Assembly: GCA_964016885.1 (NCBI GenBank)
Contig: OZ024744.1
Span: forward strand, 118,544,001-118,608,000
Reading direction: 5' to 3'
Source of the DNA: Eledone cirrhosa
Lineage: Eukaryota
DNA: 64,000 nucleotides
The translations under genes were made by a program, and so were the position numbers. Shown one piece after another: positions 1 through 14,110 of this stretch. Positions within the stretch are counted from its first letter, which is position 1; the number at the start of each line of letters is the position of its first letter. The notes under the pieces are model-generated. The model saw only the letters and a list, made by a program, of their open reading frames with translations, did not search any database and was not told the origin of the DNA.

Positions 1-3000
1 TGTTCCATGGAGGTTTTAAAGGATGCAGTGTCTCGACTGCTAATAACTGATGCAGGTAGATTGTTGTATGCAGGTTTTAAAGGATGCAGTGTTTCGACAG
101 TTAACAACTGATGCAGGTAGTCTGTTCCATGGAGCTTTTAAAGGATGCAGTCTCTTGACAGCTAACAACTGATGCAGGGAGTTTGTTCCATGGAGCATTT
201 AAAGGATGCAGTGTCTCGACAGCTAACAACTGATGCAGGTAGTCTGTTCCATGGAGGTTTTAAAGGATGCAGTGTCTCGACAGCTAATAACTTATGCAGG
301 TAGTTTCTTCCATGGAGGTTTTAAAGGTTGCAGTGTCTCGACAGCTAATAAATGATGCTAGTAGTTTCCTCCATGGAGCTTTTAAAGGATGCAGTGTCTC
401 GACAGCTAATAACTGATGCAGGTAGTTTGTTCCATGGAGATTTTAAAGTAGCAGTGTCTCGACAGCTAACAACTGATGCAGGTAGTCTGTTCCATGGAGG
501 TTTTAAAGGATGCAGTGTCTCGACTGCTAATAAATGATGCTGGTAGTTTCTTCCATGGAGGTTTTAAAGGATGCAGTGTCTCGACAGCTAACAACTGATG
601 CAGGTAGTTTGTTCCATGGAGGTTTTAAAGGATGCAGTGTCTCGACAGCTAACAACTGACGCAGCGACTTTGTTCCATGGAGGTTTTAAAAAATGCAGTG
701 TCTCGACAGCTAATAAATGATGCTAGTAGTTTGTTCCATGGAGGTTTTAAAGGATGCAGTGTCTCGACAGCTAACAACTGATGCAGGTAGTTTGTTCCAT
801 GGAGGTTTTAAAGGGTGCAGCGTCTCGACAGCTAATAACTGATGTAGGTAGTTTGTTCCATGGAGGTTTTAAAGGATGCAGTGTCTCGACAGTTAACAAC
901 TGATGCAGGTAGTCTGTTCCATGGAGCTTTTAAAGGATGCAGTGTCTCGACAGCTAATAACTGATGCAGGTAGTTTGTTCCATGGAGGTTTTAAAGGATG
1001 CAGTGTCTCGACAGCTAATAACTGATGCTGGTAGTTTGTTCCATGGGGGTTTTAAAGGATGCAGTGTCTCGACAGCTAACAATTGATGCAGGTAGTTTCT
1101 TCCATGGAGGTTTTAAAGATGCAGTGTCTCGACAGCTAATAATTGATGCAGGGTATTTGTTCCATGGAGCTTTTAAAGGATGCAGTCTCTTGACAGCTAA
1201 CAACTGATGCAGGTAGTTTGTTCCATGGAGGTTTTAAAGGATGCAGTGTCACAACAGCTTATAACTGATGCAGGTAGTTTGTTCTATGGAGGTTTTAAAG
1301 GATGCAGTGTCTCGACAGCTAATAACTGATGCTGGTAGTTTGTTTCATGGAGGTTTTAAAGGATGCAGTGTCTCGACAGCTAACAACTGATGCAGGTAGT
1401 TTGGTCCATGGAGGTTTTAAAGGATGCAGTGTCTCGACAGCTAACAACTGATGCAGGTAGTTTGTTCCATGGAGGTTTTAAAGGATGCAGTGTCACAACA
1501 GCTTATAACTGATGCAGGTAGTTTGTTCTATGGAGGTTTTAAAGGATGCAGTCTCTCGACAGCTAATAACTGATGCAGCTAGTTTGTTCCATGGAGGTTT
1601 TAAAGGATGCAGTGTCTTGACAGCTAATAAATGATGCTGGTAGTTTGTTCCATGGAGGTTTTAAAGGATGCAGTGTCTCGACAGCTAATAACTGATGCAG
1701 GTAGTTTGTTCCATGGAGCTTTTAAAGGATGCAGTGTCTCAATAACTAACAACTGATGCAGGTAGTTTGTTCCATGGAGGTTTTAAAGGATGCAGTGTCT
1801 CAATAACTAACAACTGATGCAGCGAGTTTGGTCCATGGAAGTTTTAAAGGATGCAGTGTCTCGCCAGCTAATAACTGATGCAGGTATTTTGTTCCATGGA
1901 GGTTTTAAAGGATGCAGTTTCTCGACAGCTAATAACTGATTCAGGTAGTTTGTTCCATGGAGCTTTTAAAGGATGCAGTGTCTCAATAACTAATAACTGA
2001 TGCAGGTAGATTGTTGTATGCAGGTTTTAAAGGATGCAGTGTCTTGACAGCTAATAAATGATGCTGGTAGTTTGTTCCATGGAGGTTTTAAAGGATGCAG
2101 TGTCTCGACAGCTAACAACTGATGCAGGTAGTCTGTTCCATGGAGCTTTTAAAAGATGCAGTGTCTTGACAGCTAACAACTGATGCAGGTAGTTTGTTCC
2201 ATGGAGGTTTTAAAGGATGCAGTGTCTCGACAGCTAACAATTGATGCAGGTAGTTTGTTCCATGCAGGTTTTAAAGGATAAAGTGTCTCGACAGCTAATG
2301 ACTGATGCAGGTAGTTTGTTCCATGGAGGTTTTAAAGGATGTAGTATCTCGATAGCTAACAACTGATGCAGCGAGTTTGTTCCATGGAGGTGTTAAAAAA
2401 TGCAGTGTCTCGACAGCTCATAAATGATGCAGGTAGTTTGTTCCATGGAGGTTTTAAAGGATGCAGGGTCTCGACAGCTAACAACTGATGCAGGTAGTTT
2501 GTTCCATGGAGGTTTTAAAGGATGCAGTGTCTTGACAGCTAATAAATGATGCTGGTAGTTTGTTCCATGGAGGTTTTAAAGGATGCAGTGTCTCGACAGC
2601 TAACAACTGATGCAGGTAGTCTGTTCCATGGAGCTTTTAAAAGATGCAGTGTCTTGACAGCTAACAACTGATGCAGGTAGTTTGTTCCATGGAGGTTTTA
2701 AAGGATGCAGTGTCTCGACAGCTAACAATTGATGCAGGTAGTTTGTTCCATGCAGGTTTTAAAGGATAAAGTGTCTCGACAGCTAATGACTGATGCAGGT
2801 AGTTTGTTCCATGGAGGTTTTAAAGGATGTAGTATCTCGATAGCTAACAACTGATGCAGCGAGTTTGTTCCATGGAGGTGTTAAAAAATGCAGTGTCTCG
2901 ACAGCTCATAAATGATGCAGGTAGTTTGTTCCATGGAGGTTTTAAAGGATGCAGGGTCTCGACAGCTAACAACTGATGCAGGTAGTTTGTTCCATGGAGG

Positions 3001-6000
3001 TTTTAAAGGATGCAGTGTCTTGACAGCTTATAACTGATGCAGCGTGTTTGTTCCATGGAGGTTTTAAAGGATGCAGTGTCTCGACAGTTAACAACTGATG
3101 CAGGTAGTCTGTTCCATGGAGCTTTTAAAGGATGCAGTGTCTCGACAGCTAACAACTGATGCAGGTAGTTTTTTCCATGGGTGTTTTAAAGGATGCAGTG
3201 TATTGACAGCTAATTATTGATGCAGGGAATTTGTTCCATGGAGCTTTTAGAGGATGCAGTGTCTCGACAGCTAACAACTGATGCAGGTAGTTTGTTCCAT
3301 GGGTGTTTTAAAGGATGCAGTGTCTCGACAGCTAACAACTGATGCAGGTAGTTTCTTCCATAGAGGTTTTAAAGGATGCAGTGTTTCGACAGCTAATAAC
3401 TGATGCAGGTATTTTGTTCCATGGAGGTTTTAAAGGATGCAGTCTCTCAATAACTAATAACTGATGCTGGTAGTTTGTTCCATGGAGGTTTTAAAGGATG
3501 CAGTGTCTCGACAGCTAATAACTGATGCAGGTATTTTGTTCCATGGAGGTTTTAAAGGATGCAGTCTCTCGACAGCTAATAACTGATGCAGCTAGTTTGT
3601 TCCATGGAGGTTTTAAAGGATGCAGTGTCTTGACAGCTAATAAATGATGCTGGTAGTTTGTTCCATGGACGTTTTAAAGATACTGTGTCTTGACAGCTAA
3701 TAACTGATGCAGGTAGTTTTTTCCATGGAAGTTTTAAAGGATGTAGTGTCTCGACAGCTAATAAATGATGCTGGCAGTTTCTTCCATGGAGGTTTTAAAG
3801 GATGCAGTGTCTCGACAGCTATCAACTGATGCAGGTAGTCTGTTCCATGGGTGTTTTAAAGGATGCAGTGTCTCGACAGCTAACAACTGATGCAGGTAGT
3901 TTGTTCCATGGAGGTTTTAAAGGATGCAGTGACTCGACAGCTAATAACTGATGCAGGTAGTTTGTTCTATGGAGGTTTTAAAGGATGCAGTCTCTTGACA
4001 GCTAACAACTGATGCAGCCAACTTGTTCCATGGAGGTTTTAAAAAATGCAGTGTCTCGACAGCTAATAAATGATGCTAGTAGTTTGTTCCATGGAGGTTT
4101 TAAAGGATGCAGTGTCTCGACAGCTAACAACTGATGCAGGTAGTTTGTTCCATGGCGGTTTTAAAGATTGCAGCGTCTCGACAGCTAATAACTGATGTAG
4201 GTAGTTTGTTCCATGGAGGTTTTAAAGAATGCAGTGTCTCGACAGTTAACAACTGATGCAGGTAGTCTGTTCCATGGAGCTTTTAAAGGATGCAGTGTCT
4301 CGACAGCTAATAACTGATGCAGGTAGTTTGTACCATGGAGGTTTTAAAGGATGCAGTGTCTCGACAGCTAATAACTTATGCAGGTAGTTTGTTCCATGGG
4401 GGTTTTAAAGGATGCAGTGTCTCGACAGCTAACAACTGATGCAGGTAGTTTCTTCCATGGAGGTTTTAAAGATGCAGTGTCTCGACAGCTAATAATTGAT
4501 GCAGGGTATTTGTTCCATGGAGCTTTTAAAGGATGCAGTCTCTTGACAGCTAACAACTGATGCAGGTAGTTTGTTCCATGGAGGTTTTAAAGGATGCAGT
4601 GTCACAACAGCTTATAACTGATGCAGGTATTTTGTTCCATTGAGGTTTTAAAGGATGCAGTGTCTTGACAGCTAATAAATGATGTTGGTAGTTTGTTCCA
4701 TGGAGGTTTTAAAGGATGCAGTGTCTCGACAGCTAATAACTGATGCAGGTAGTTTGTTCCATGGAGGTTTTAAAGGATGCAGTGTCTCAATAACTAACAA
4801 CTGATGCAGCGAGTTTGGTGCATGGAAGTTTTAAAGGATGCAGTGTCTCGACAGCTAATAACTGATGCAGGTATTTTGTTCCATGGAGGTTTTAAAGGAT
4901 GCAATTTCTCGACAGCTAATAACTGATGCAGGTAGTTTGTTCCATGGAGCTTTTAAAGGATGCAGTGTCTCGACAGCTAACAACTGATGCAGCGACTTTG
5001 TTCCATGGAGGTTTTAAAAAATGCAGTGTCTCGACAGCTAATAATTGATGCTAGTAGTTTGTTCCATGGAGGTTTTAAAGGATGCAGTGTCTCGACAGCT
5101 AACAACTGATGCAGGTATTTTGTTCCATGGAGGTTTTAAAGAGTGCAGCGTCTCGACAGCTAATAACTGATGTAGGTAGTTTGTTCCATGGAGGTTTTAA
5201 AGGATGCAGTGTCTCGACATTTAACAACTGATGGAGGTAGTCTGTTCCATGGAGCTTTTAAAGGATGCAGTGTCTCGACAGCTAATAACTGATGCAGGTA
5301 GTTTGTTCCATGGAGGTTTTAAAGGATGCAGTGTCTCGACAGCTAATAACTGATGCTGGTAGTATGTTCCATGGGGGTTTTAAAGGATGCAGTGTCTCGA
5401 CAGCTAACAACTGATGCAGGTAGTTTCTTCCATGGAGGTTTTAAAGATGCAGTGTCTCGACAGCTAATAATTGATGCAGGGTATTTGTTCCATGGAGCTT
5501 TTAAAGGATGCAGTCTCTTGACAGCTAACAACTGATGCAGGTAGTTTGTTCCATGGAGGTTTTAAAGGATGCAGTGTCACAACAGCTTATAACTGATGCA
5601 GGTAGTTTGTTCTATGGAGGTTTTAAAGGATGCAGTGTCTCGACAGCTAATAACTGATGCTGGTAATTTGTTCCATGGAGGTTTTAAAGGATGCAGTATC
5701 TCGACAGCTAATAACTGATGATGGTAGTTTGTTCCATGGAGGTTTTATAGGATGCAGTGTCTCGACAGCTAACAACTGATGCAGGTAGTTTGGTCCATGG
5801 AGGTTTTAAAGGATGCAGTGTCTCGACAGCTAATAACTGATGCAGGTATTTTGTTCCATTGAGGTTTTAAAGGATGCAGTCTCTCGACAGCTAATAACTG
5901 ATGCAGCTAGTTTGTTCCATGGAGGTTTTAAAGGATGCAATGTCTTGACAGCTAATAAATGATGCTGGTAGTTTGTTCCATGGAGGTTTTAAAGGATGCA

Positions 6001-9000
6001 GTGTCTCGACAGCTAATAACTGATGCAGGTAGTTTGTTCCATGGAGCTTTTAAAGGATGCAGTGTCTCAACAGCTAACAACTGATGCAGGTAGTTTGTTC
6101 CATGGAGGTTTTAAAGGATGCAGTGTCTCAATAACTAACAACTGATGCAGCGAGTTTGGTCCATGGAAGTTTTAAAGGATGCAGTGTCTCGACAGCTAAT
6201 AACTGATGCAGGTATTTTGTTCCATGGAGGTTTTAAAGGATGCAGTGTCTCGACTGCTAATAACTGATGCAGGTAGATTGTTGTATGCAGGTTTTAAAGG
6301 ATGCAGTGTTTCGACAGTTAACAACTGATGCAGGTAGTCTGTTCCATGGAGCTTTTAAAGGATGCAGTCTCTTGACAGCTAACAACTGATGCAGGGAGTT
6401 TGTTCCATGGAGCATTTAAAGGATGCAGTGTCTCGACAGCTAACAACTGATGCAGGTAGTCTGTTCCATGGAGGTTTTAAAGGATGCAGTGTCTCGACAG
6501 CTAATAACTTATGCAGGTAGTTTCTTCCATGGAGGTTTTAAAGGATGCAGTGTCTCGACAGCTAATAAATGATGCTGGTAGTTTCCTCCATGGAGCTTTT
6601 AAAGGATGCAGTGTCTCGACAGCTAATAACTGATGCAGGTAGTTTGTTCCATGGAGATTTTAAAGTAGCAGTGTCTCGACAGCTAACAACTGATGCAGGT
6701 AGTCTGTTCCATGGAGGTTTTAAAGGATGCAGTGTCTCGACTGCTAATAAATGATGCTGGTAGTTTCTTCCATGGAGGTTTTAAAGGATGCAGTGTCTCG
6801 ACAGCTAACAACTGATGCAGGTAGTTTGTTCCATGGAGGTTTTAAAGGATGCAGTGTCTCGACAGCTAACAACTGACGCAGCGACTTTGTTCCATGGAGG
6901 TTTTAAAAAATGCAGTGTCTCGACAGCTAATAAATGATGCTAGTAGTTTGTTCCATGGAGGTTTTAAAGGATGCAGTGTCTCGACAGCTAACAACTGATG
7001 CAGGTAGTTTGTTCCATGGAGGTTTTAAAGGGTGCAGCGTCTCGACAGCTAATAACTGATGTAGGTAGTTTGTTCCATGGAGGTTTTAAAGGATGCAGTG
7101 TCTCGACAGTTAACAACTGATGCAGGTAGTCTGTTCCATGGAGCTTTTAAAGGATGCAGTGTCTCGACAGCTAATAACTGATGCAGGTAGTTTGTTCCAT
7201 GGAGGTTTTAAAGGATGCAGTGTCTCGACAGCTAATAACTGATGCTGGTAGTTTGTTCCATGGGGGTTTTAAAGGATGCAGTGTCTCGACAGCTAACAAT
7301 TGATGCAGGTAGTTTCTTCCATGGAGGTTTTAAAGATGCAGTGTCTCGACAGCTAATAATTGATGCAGGGTATTTGTTCCATGGAGCTTTTAAAGGATGC
7401 AGTCTCTTGACAGCTAACAACTGATGCAGGTAGTTTGTTCCATGGAGGTTTTAAAGGATGCAGTGTCACAACAGCTTATAACTGATGCAGGTAGTTTGTT
7501 CTATGGAGGTTTTAAAGGATGCAGTGTCTCGACAGCTAATAACTGATGCTGGTAGTTTGTTTCATGGAGGTTTTAAAGGATGCAGTGTCTCGACAGCTAA
7601 CAACTGATGCAGGTAGTTTGGTCCATGGAGGTTTTAAAGGATGCAGTGTCTCGACAGCTAACAACTGATGCAGGTAGTTTGTTCCATGGAGGTTTTAAAG
7701 GATGCAGTGTCACAACAGCTTATAACTGATGCAGGTAGTTTGTTCTATGGAGGTTTTAAAGGATGCAGTCTCTCGACAGCTAATAACTGATGCAGCTAGT
7801 TTGTTCCATGGAGGTTTTAAAGGATGCAGTGTCTTGACAGCTAATAAATGATGCTGGTAGTTTGTTCCATGGAGGTTTTAAAGGATGCAGTGTCTCGACA
7901 GCTAATAACTGATGCAGGTAGTTTGTTCCATGGAGCTTTTAAAGGATGCAGTGTCTCAATAACTAACAACTGATGCAGGTAGTTTGTTCCATGGAGGTTT
8001 TAAAGGATGCAGTGTCTCAATAACTAACAACTGATGCAGCGAGTTTGGTCCATGGAAGTTTTAAAGGATGCAGTGTCTCGACAGCTAATAACTGATGCAG
8101 GTATTTTGTTCCATGGAGGTTTTAAAGGATGCAGTTTCTCGACAGCTAATAACTGATTCAGGTAGTTTGTTCCATGGAGCTTTTAAAGGATGCAGTGTCT
8201 CAATAACTAATAACTGATGCAGGTAGATTGTTGTATGCAGGTTTTAAAGGATGCAGTGTCTCGACAGTTAACAACTGATGCAGGTAGTCTGTTCCATGGA
8301 GCTTTTAAAAGATGCAGTGTCTTGACAGCTAACAACTGATGCAGGTAGTTTGTTCCATGGAGGTTTTAAAGGATGCAGTGTCTCGACAGCTAACAATTGA
8401 TGCAGGTAGTTTGTTCCATGCAGGTTTTAAAGGATAAAGTGTCTCGACAGCTAATAACTGATGCAGGTAGTTTGTTCCATGGAGGTTTTAAAGGATGTAG
8501 TATCTCGATAGCTAACAACTGATGCAGCGAGTTTGTTCCATGGAGGTGTTAAAAAATGCAGTGTCTCGACAGCTCATAAATGATGCAGGTAGTTTGTTCC
8601 ATGGAGGTTTTAAAGGATGCAGGGTCTCGACAGCTAACAACTGATGCAGGTAGTTTGTTCCATGGAGGTTTTAAAGGATGCAGTGTCTTGACAGCTTATA
8701 ACTGATGCAGCGTGTTTGTTCCATGGAGGTTTTAAAGGATGCAGTGTCTCGACAGCTAATAACTGATGCAGGTATTTTGTTCGATGGAGGTTTTAAAGGA
8801 TGCAGTGTCTCGACTGCTAATAACTGATGCAGGTAGATTGTTGTATGCAGGTTTTAAAGGATGCAGTGTTTCGACAGTTAACAACTGATGCAGGTAGTCT
8901 GTTCCATGGAGCTTTTAAAGGATGCAGTCTCTTGACAGCTAACAACTGATGCAGGGAGTTTGTTCCATGGAGCATTTAAAGGATGCAGTGTCTCGACAGC

Positions 9001-12000
9001 TAACAACTGATGCAGGTAGTCTGTTCCATGGAGGTTTTAAAGGATGCAGTGTCTCGACAGCTAATAACTTATGCAGGTAGTTTCTTCCATGGAGGTTTTA
9101 AAGGATGCAGTGTCTCGACAGCTAATAAATGATGCTGGTAGTTTCCTCCATGGAGCTTTTAAAGGATGCAGTGTCTCGACAGCTAATAACTGATGCAGGT
9201 AGTTTGTTCCATGGAGATTTTAAAGTAGCAGTGTCTCGACAGCTAACAACTGATGCAGGTAGTCTGTTCCATGGAGGTTTTAAAGGATGCAGTGTCTCGA
9301 CTGCTAATAAATGATGCTGGTAGTTTCTTCCATGGAGGTTTTAAAGGATGCAGTGTCTCGACAGCTAACAACTGATGCAGGTAGTTTGTTCCATGGAGGT
9401 TTTAAAGGATGCAGTGTCTCGACAGCTAACAACTGACGCAGCGACTTTGTTCCATGGAGGTTTTAAAAAATGCAGTGTCTCGACAGCTAATAAATGATGC
9501 TAGTAGTTTGTTCCATGGAGGTTTTAAAGGATGCAGTGTCTCGACAGCTAACAACTGATGCAGGTAGTTTGTTCCATGGAGGTTTTAAAGGGTGCAGCGT
9601 CTCGACAGCTAATAACTGATGTAGGTAGTTTGTTCCATGGAGGTTTTAAAGGATGCAGTGTCTCGACAGTTAACAACTGATGCAGGTAGTCTGTTCCATG
9701 GAGCTTTTAAAGGATGCAGTGTCTCGACAGCTAATAACTGATGCAGGTAGTTTGTTCCATGGAGGTTTTAAAGGATGCAGTGTCTCGACAGCTAATAACT
9801 GATGCTGGTAGTTTGTTCCATGGGGGTTTTAAAGGATGCAGTGTCTCGACAGCTAACAATTGATGCAGGTAGTTTCTTCCATGGAGGTTTTAAAGATGCA
9901 GTGTCTCGACAGCTAATAATTGATGCAGGGTATTTGTTCCATGGAGCTTTTAAAGGATGCAGTCTCTTGACAGCTAACAACTGATGCAGGTAGTTTGTTC
10001 CATGGAGGTTTTAAAGGATGCAGTGTCACAACAGCTTATAACTGATGCAGGTAGTTTGTTCTATGGAGGTTTTAAAGGATGCAGTGTCTCGACAGCTAAT
10101 AACTGATGCTGGTAGTTTGTTTCATGGAGGTTTTAAAGGATGCAGTGTCTCGACAGCTAACAACTGATGCAGGTAGTTTGGTCCATGGCGGTTTTAAAGG
10201 ATGCAGTGTCTCGACAGCTAACAACTGATGCAGGTAGTTTGTTCCATGGAGGTTTTAAAGGATGCAGTGTCACAACAGCTTATAACTGATGCAGGTAGTT
10301 TGTTCTATGGAGGTTTTAAAGGATGCAGTCTCTCGACAGCTAATAACTGATGCAGCTAGTTTGTTCCATGGAGGTTTTAAAGGATGCAGTGTCTTGACAG
10401 CTAATAAATGATGCTGGTAGTTTGTTCCATGGAGGTTTTAAAGGATGCAGTGTCTCGACAGCTAATAACTGATGCAGGTAGTTTGTTCCATGGAGCTTTT
10501 AAAGGATGCAGTGTCTCAATAACTAACAACTGATGCAGGTAGTTTGTTCCATGGAGGTTTTAAAGGATGCAGTGTCTCAATAACTAACAACTGATGCAGC
10601 GAGTTTGGTCCATGGAAGTTTTAAAGGATGCAGTGTCTCGACAGCTAATAACTGATGCAGGTATTTTGTTCCATGGAGGTTTTAAAGGATGCAGTTTCTC
10701 GACAGCTAATAACTGATTCAGGTAGTTTGTTCCATGGAGCTTTTAAAGGATGCAGTGTCTCAATAACTAATAACTGATGCAGGTAGATTGTTGTATGCAG
10801 GTTTTAAAGGATGCAGTGTCTCGACAGTTAACAACTGATGCAGGTAGTCTGTTCCATGGAGCTTTTAAAAGATGCAGTGTCTTGACAGCTAACAACTGAT
10901 GCAGGTAGTTTGTTCCATGGAGGTTTTAAAGGATGCAGTGTCTCGACAGCTAACAATTGATGCAGGTAGTTTGTTCCATGCAGGTTTTAAAGGATAAAGT
11001 GTCTCGACAGCTAATAACTGATGCAGGTAGTTTGTTCCATGGAGGTTTTAAAGGATGTAGTATCTCGATAGCTAACAACTGATGCAGCGAGTTTGTTCCA
11101 TGGAGGTGTTAAAAAATGCAGTGTCTCGACAGCTCATAAATGATGCAGGTAGTTTGTTCCATGGAGGTTTTAAAGGATGCAGGGTCTCGACAGCTAACAA
11201 CTGATGCAGGTAGTTTGTTCCATGGAGGTTTTAAAGGATGCAGTGTCTTGACAGCTTATAACTGATGCAGCGTGTTTGTTCCATGGAGGTTTTAAAGGAT
11301 GCAGTGTCTCGACAGTTAACAACTGATGCAGGTAGTCTGTTCCATGGAGCTTTTAAAGGATGCAGTGTCTCGACAGCTAACAACTGATGCAGGTAGTTTT
11401 TTCCATGGGTGTTTTAAAGGATGCAGTGTATTGACAGCTAATTATTGATGCAGGGAATTTGTTCCATGGAGCTTTTAGAGGATGCAGTGTCTCGACAGCT
11501 AACAACTGATGCAGGTAGTTTGTTCCATGGGTGTTTTAAAGGATGCAGTGTCTCGACAGCTAACAACTGATGCAGGTAGTTTCTTCCATAGAGGTTTTAA
11601 AGGATGCAGTGTTTCGACAGCCAATAACTGATGCAGGTATTTTGTTCCATGGAGGTTTTAAAGGATGCAGTCTCTCAATAACTAATAACTGATGCTGGTA
11701 GTTTGTTCCATGGAGGTTTTAAAGGATGCAGTGTCTCGACAGCTAATAACTGATGCAGGTATTTTGTTCCATGGAGGTTTTAAAGGATGCAGTCTCTCGA
11801 CAGCTAATAACTGATGCAGCTAGTTTGTTCCATGGAGGTTTTAAAGGATGCAGTGTCTTGACAGCTAATAAATGATGCTGGTAGTTTGTTCCATGGACGT
11901 TTTAAAGATACTGTGTCTTGACAGCTAATAACTGATGCAGGTAGTTTTTTCCATGGAAGTTTTAAAGGATGTAGTGTCTCGACAGCTAATAAATGATGCT

Positions 12001-12504
12001 GGCAGTTTCTTCCATGGAGGTTTTAAAGGATGCAGTGTCTCGACAGCTATCAACTGATGCAGGTAGTCTGTTCCATGGGTGTTTTAAAGGATGCAGTGTC
12101 TCGACAGCTAACAACTGATGCAGGTAGTTTGTTCCATGGAGGTTTTAAAGGATGCAGTGACTCGACAGCTAATAACTGATGCAGGTAGTTTCTTACATGG
12201 AGGTTTTAAAGGATGCAGTGTCTCGGCAGCTAACAACTGATGCAGGTAGTTTGTTCCATGGGTGTTTTAAAGGATGCAGTATCTCGACAGCTAACAACTG
12301 ATGCAGGTAGTTTGTTCCATGGAGGTTTTAAAGGATGCAGTGTCTCGACAGCTAACAACTGATGCAGGGAGTTTGTTCCATGGAGGCTTTAAAGGATGCA
12401 GTGTCTTGACAGCTAACAACTGATGCAGGTAGTTTGTTCCATGGAGGTTTTAAAGGATGCAGTGTCTCAATAACTAACAACTGATGTAGGTAGTTTGTTC
12501 CATG
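1..12504. repeat. 61-bp tandem satellite (~205 monomers, open at the left window edge) derived from the C-terminal codons of the adjacent CR1-like LINE ORF2
   Basis: Consensus TGTTCCATGGAGGTTTTAAAGGATGCAGTGTCTCGACAGCTAA(C/T)AACTGATGCAGGTAGTT repeats continuously. The minus strand reads WNKLPASVVSCRDTASFKTSM and runs directly out of LINE ...HYFTLRVAEAWNKLP at 12504. Confidence 0.97.
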
Positions 12505-14110
12505 CTTCAGCAACTCTGAGCGTGAAATAATGTTTCCGAAAGTCATGGGAGTTGTGCTGTTTTCTAACCTTGTAGGCATGCCCACGTGTGTTAGACACAT
12601 GGAAATCAAAAAGGTACTCAGGGTTGTTTTTGGCAAGATGGTTACTAATTTTGTGGGTGTTTACCAAGTCAGTTGCCAGACATCAGAGCTTCAATGTATC
12701 CATGCCCAAGGAAGCAAGGCGTTCAGCATATGGTAGATGCCTGATGGAGGGTATTCACTTGGTTGCACGTCTCTGAACAGTTTCGAGGAAGTCAATATTT
12801 TGAACAAGATAGGGGTTCCAGACTGGTGATGCAAATTCTAAGTGTGGCTGCACCATAGCTATATACAGCTTTAAATAGATAACCAGAGAGTGGCTGACAA
12901 AGGTCTTGCTGAGTTATGCTAAGACACCCTCGGCCTTCTTGACAATCTTAGATACGTGCTTCGTCCAATGCAAATCGCTGACCATAATGCCCATGTCACG
13001 TTCACAAGAAGACTTCTTGATATTAGTGTTGAGGAGGCAGTATGTGGACGCTGGGTTTTTACTCCTAAAATGCATGGTGGTACACTTGTCCACGGCTAGC
13101 TTTAGTTGCCAGTCCGTGATCCATTTCTGCATTGTGTCCAGGTCTGATTGCAGGAAAGATCTCTCTGTTTTATCTCAAGGTACAGCTTGATGTCATCTGC
13201 ATATTTCAGTATTGTAGCATTCTTTAAGTTGGCACCTATGTCATTAATATATGCCACAAAAAAAGGGGACAAAGAACAGATCCCTGTGATACACCAGATG
13301 ACATCTCATATGGTGAGGAATGCTGTCCTAGAATCGTGACTACTTCCCTTCAACTGAGAATGAAGGACTTCAAACAATTTAAAAGATCATCCTTCACACC
13401 CATTGCAGAGAGTTTTGCCATAAGTCTTTTGTGTGGCACAGAATTGAAAGCTTTAGCAAAGTCAAGGTAAACAACATCCACCCATGAGCCGCCATCAGTG
13501 ATCCAGGTGATGTCCTCAAGAAACTCTATAAGTTGATCACAGCAGCTGGAGTTGGGGATAAATCCAAATTGCGAGGGCCGGATAAGACTGTGAGAGCTCC
13601 AGAAGTTCCAAAGTGTTTCTCTGACACAGGATTCCATCAGTTTGGCAATGCAGCTAGTAAGACTGACTGGACGATAATTCACAGGTGATGTGCGGTCACC
13701 CTTTTTGAACAGAGGAATGACACTGGCAGTTTTCCACTGTTCTGGAGTAGCACCGTTGTTCAGACAGAATTGGAAGAAATGTGATAGCTGGTGCAGAAGG
13801 AAGTACCCACTACATTTGAGAAGCAGGTACTTAACACCATCAAGACCAGGAGAGACATGGTTGCGTTTATTTTTAAGGTGACGTCGCAGCATTGCAGGTG
13901 TAAATTCCATAGTTGTAATAGAATCCGGTGTCAGAGATGGTGGAGATGGTACACTTTGGTCTTCAACAGTGAAAATGCCTGCATAGCATTCAGCAATGAG
14001 CTCTGCGCATTGCTTGGGGTCGTCAGTAATCTGGCTTGTGTGGGGATTGCGAAGAGGACCAACTGGAGAGTGAGGCCTCTGCTTTGAGGAAACATATTTC
14101 CAGAACACCT
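12505..14110 (-). mobile_element. 5'-truncated, degenerate CR1/L2/Jockey-group (CR1-like) LINE, ORF2 reverse transcriptase region
   Basis: ORF 13350-14108 has SPGLDG, VIPLFKKGDR..NYRPVSLTS, QFGF and VDVVYLDFAKAFNSVPH. Downstream frameshifted pieces include GVSQGSVL..LKYADDIKLY (~13180-13300), WQLKLAVDKC, TRGH and RVAEAWNKLP. Confidence 0.9.

Noticed and set aside
352-9984. Repeated 60-62 aa ORFs in the left array
   Set aside because: By-products of a 61-bp (non-multiple-of-3) satellite in which 1-bp deletions occasionally dodge stops; not genes.
1-12504. CRISPR-like array
   Set aside because: Monomers are contiguous with no unique spacers, there are no cas genes, and the context is eukaryotic. 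The same applies to 25643-26750 and 55853-64000.
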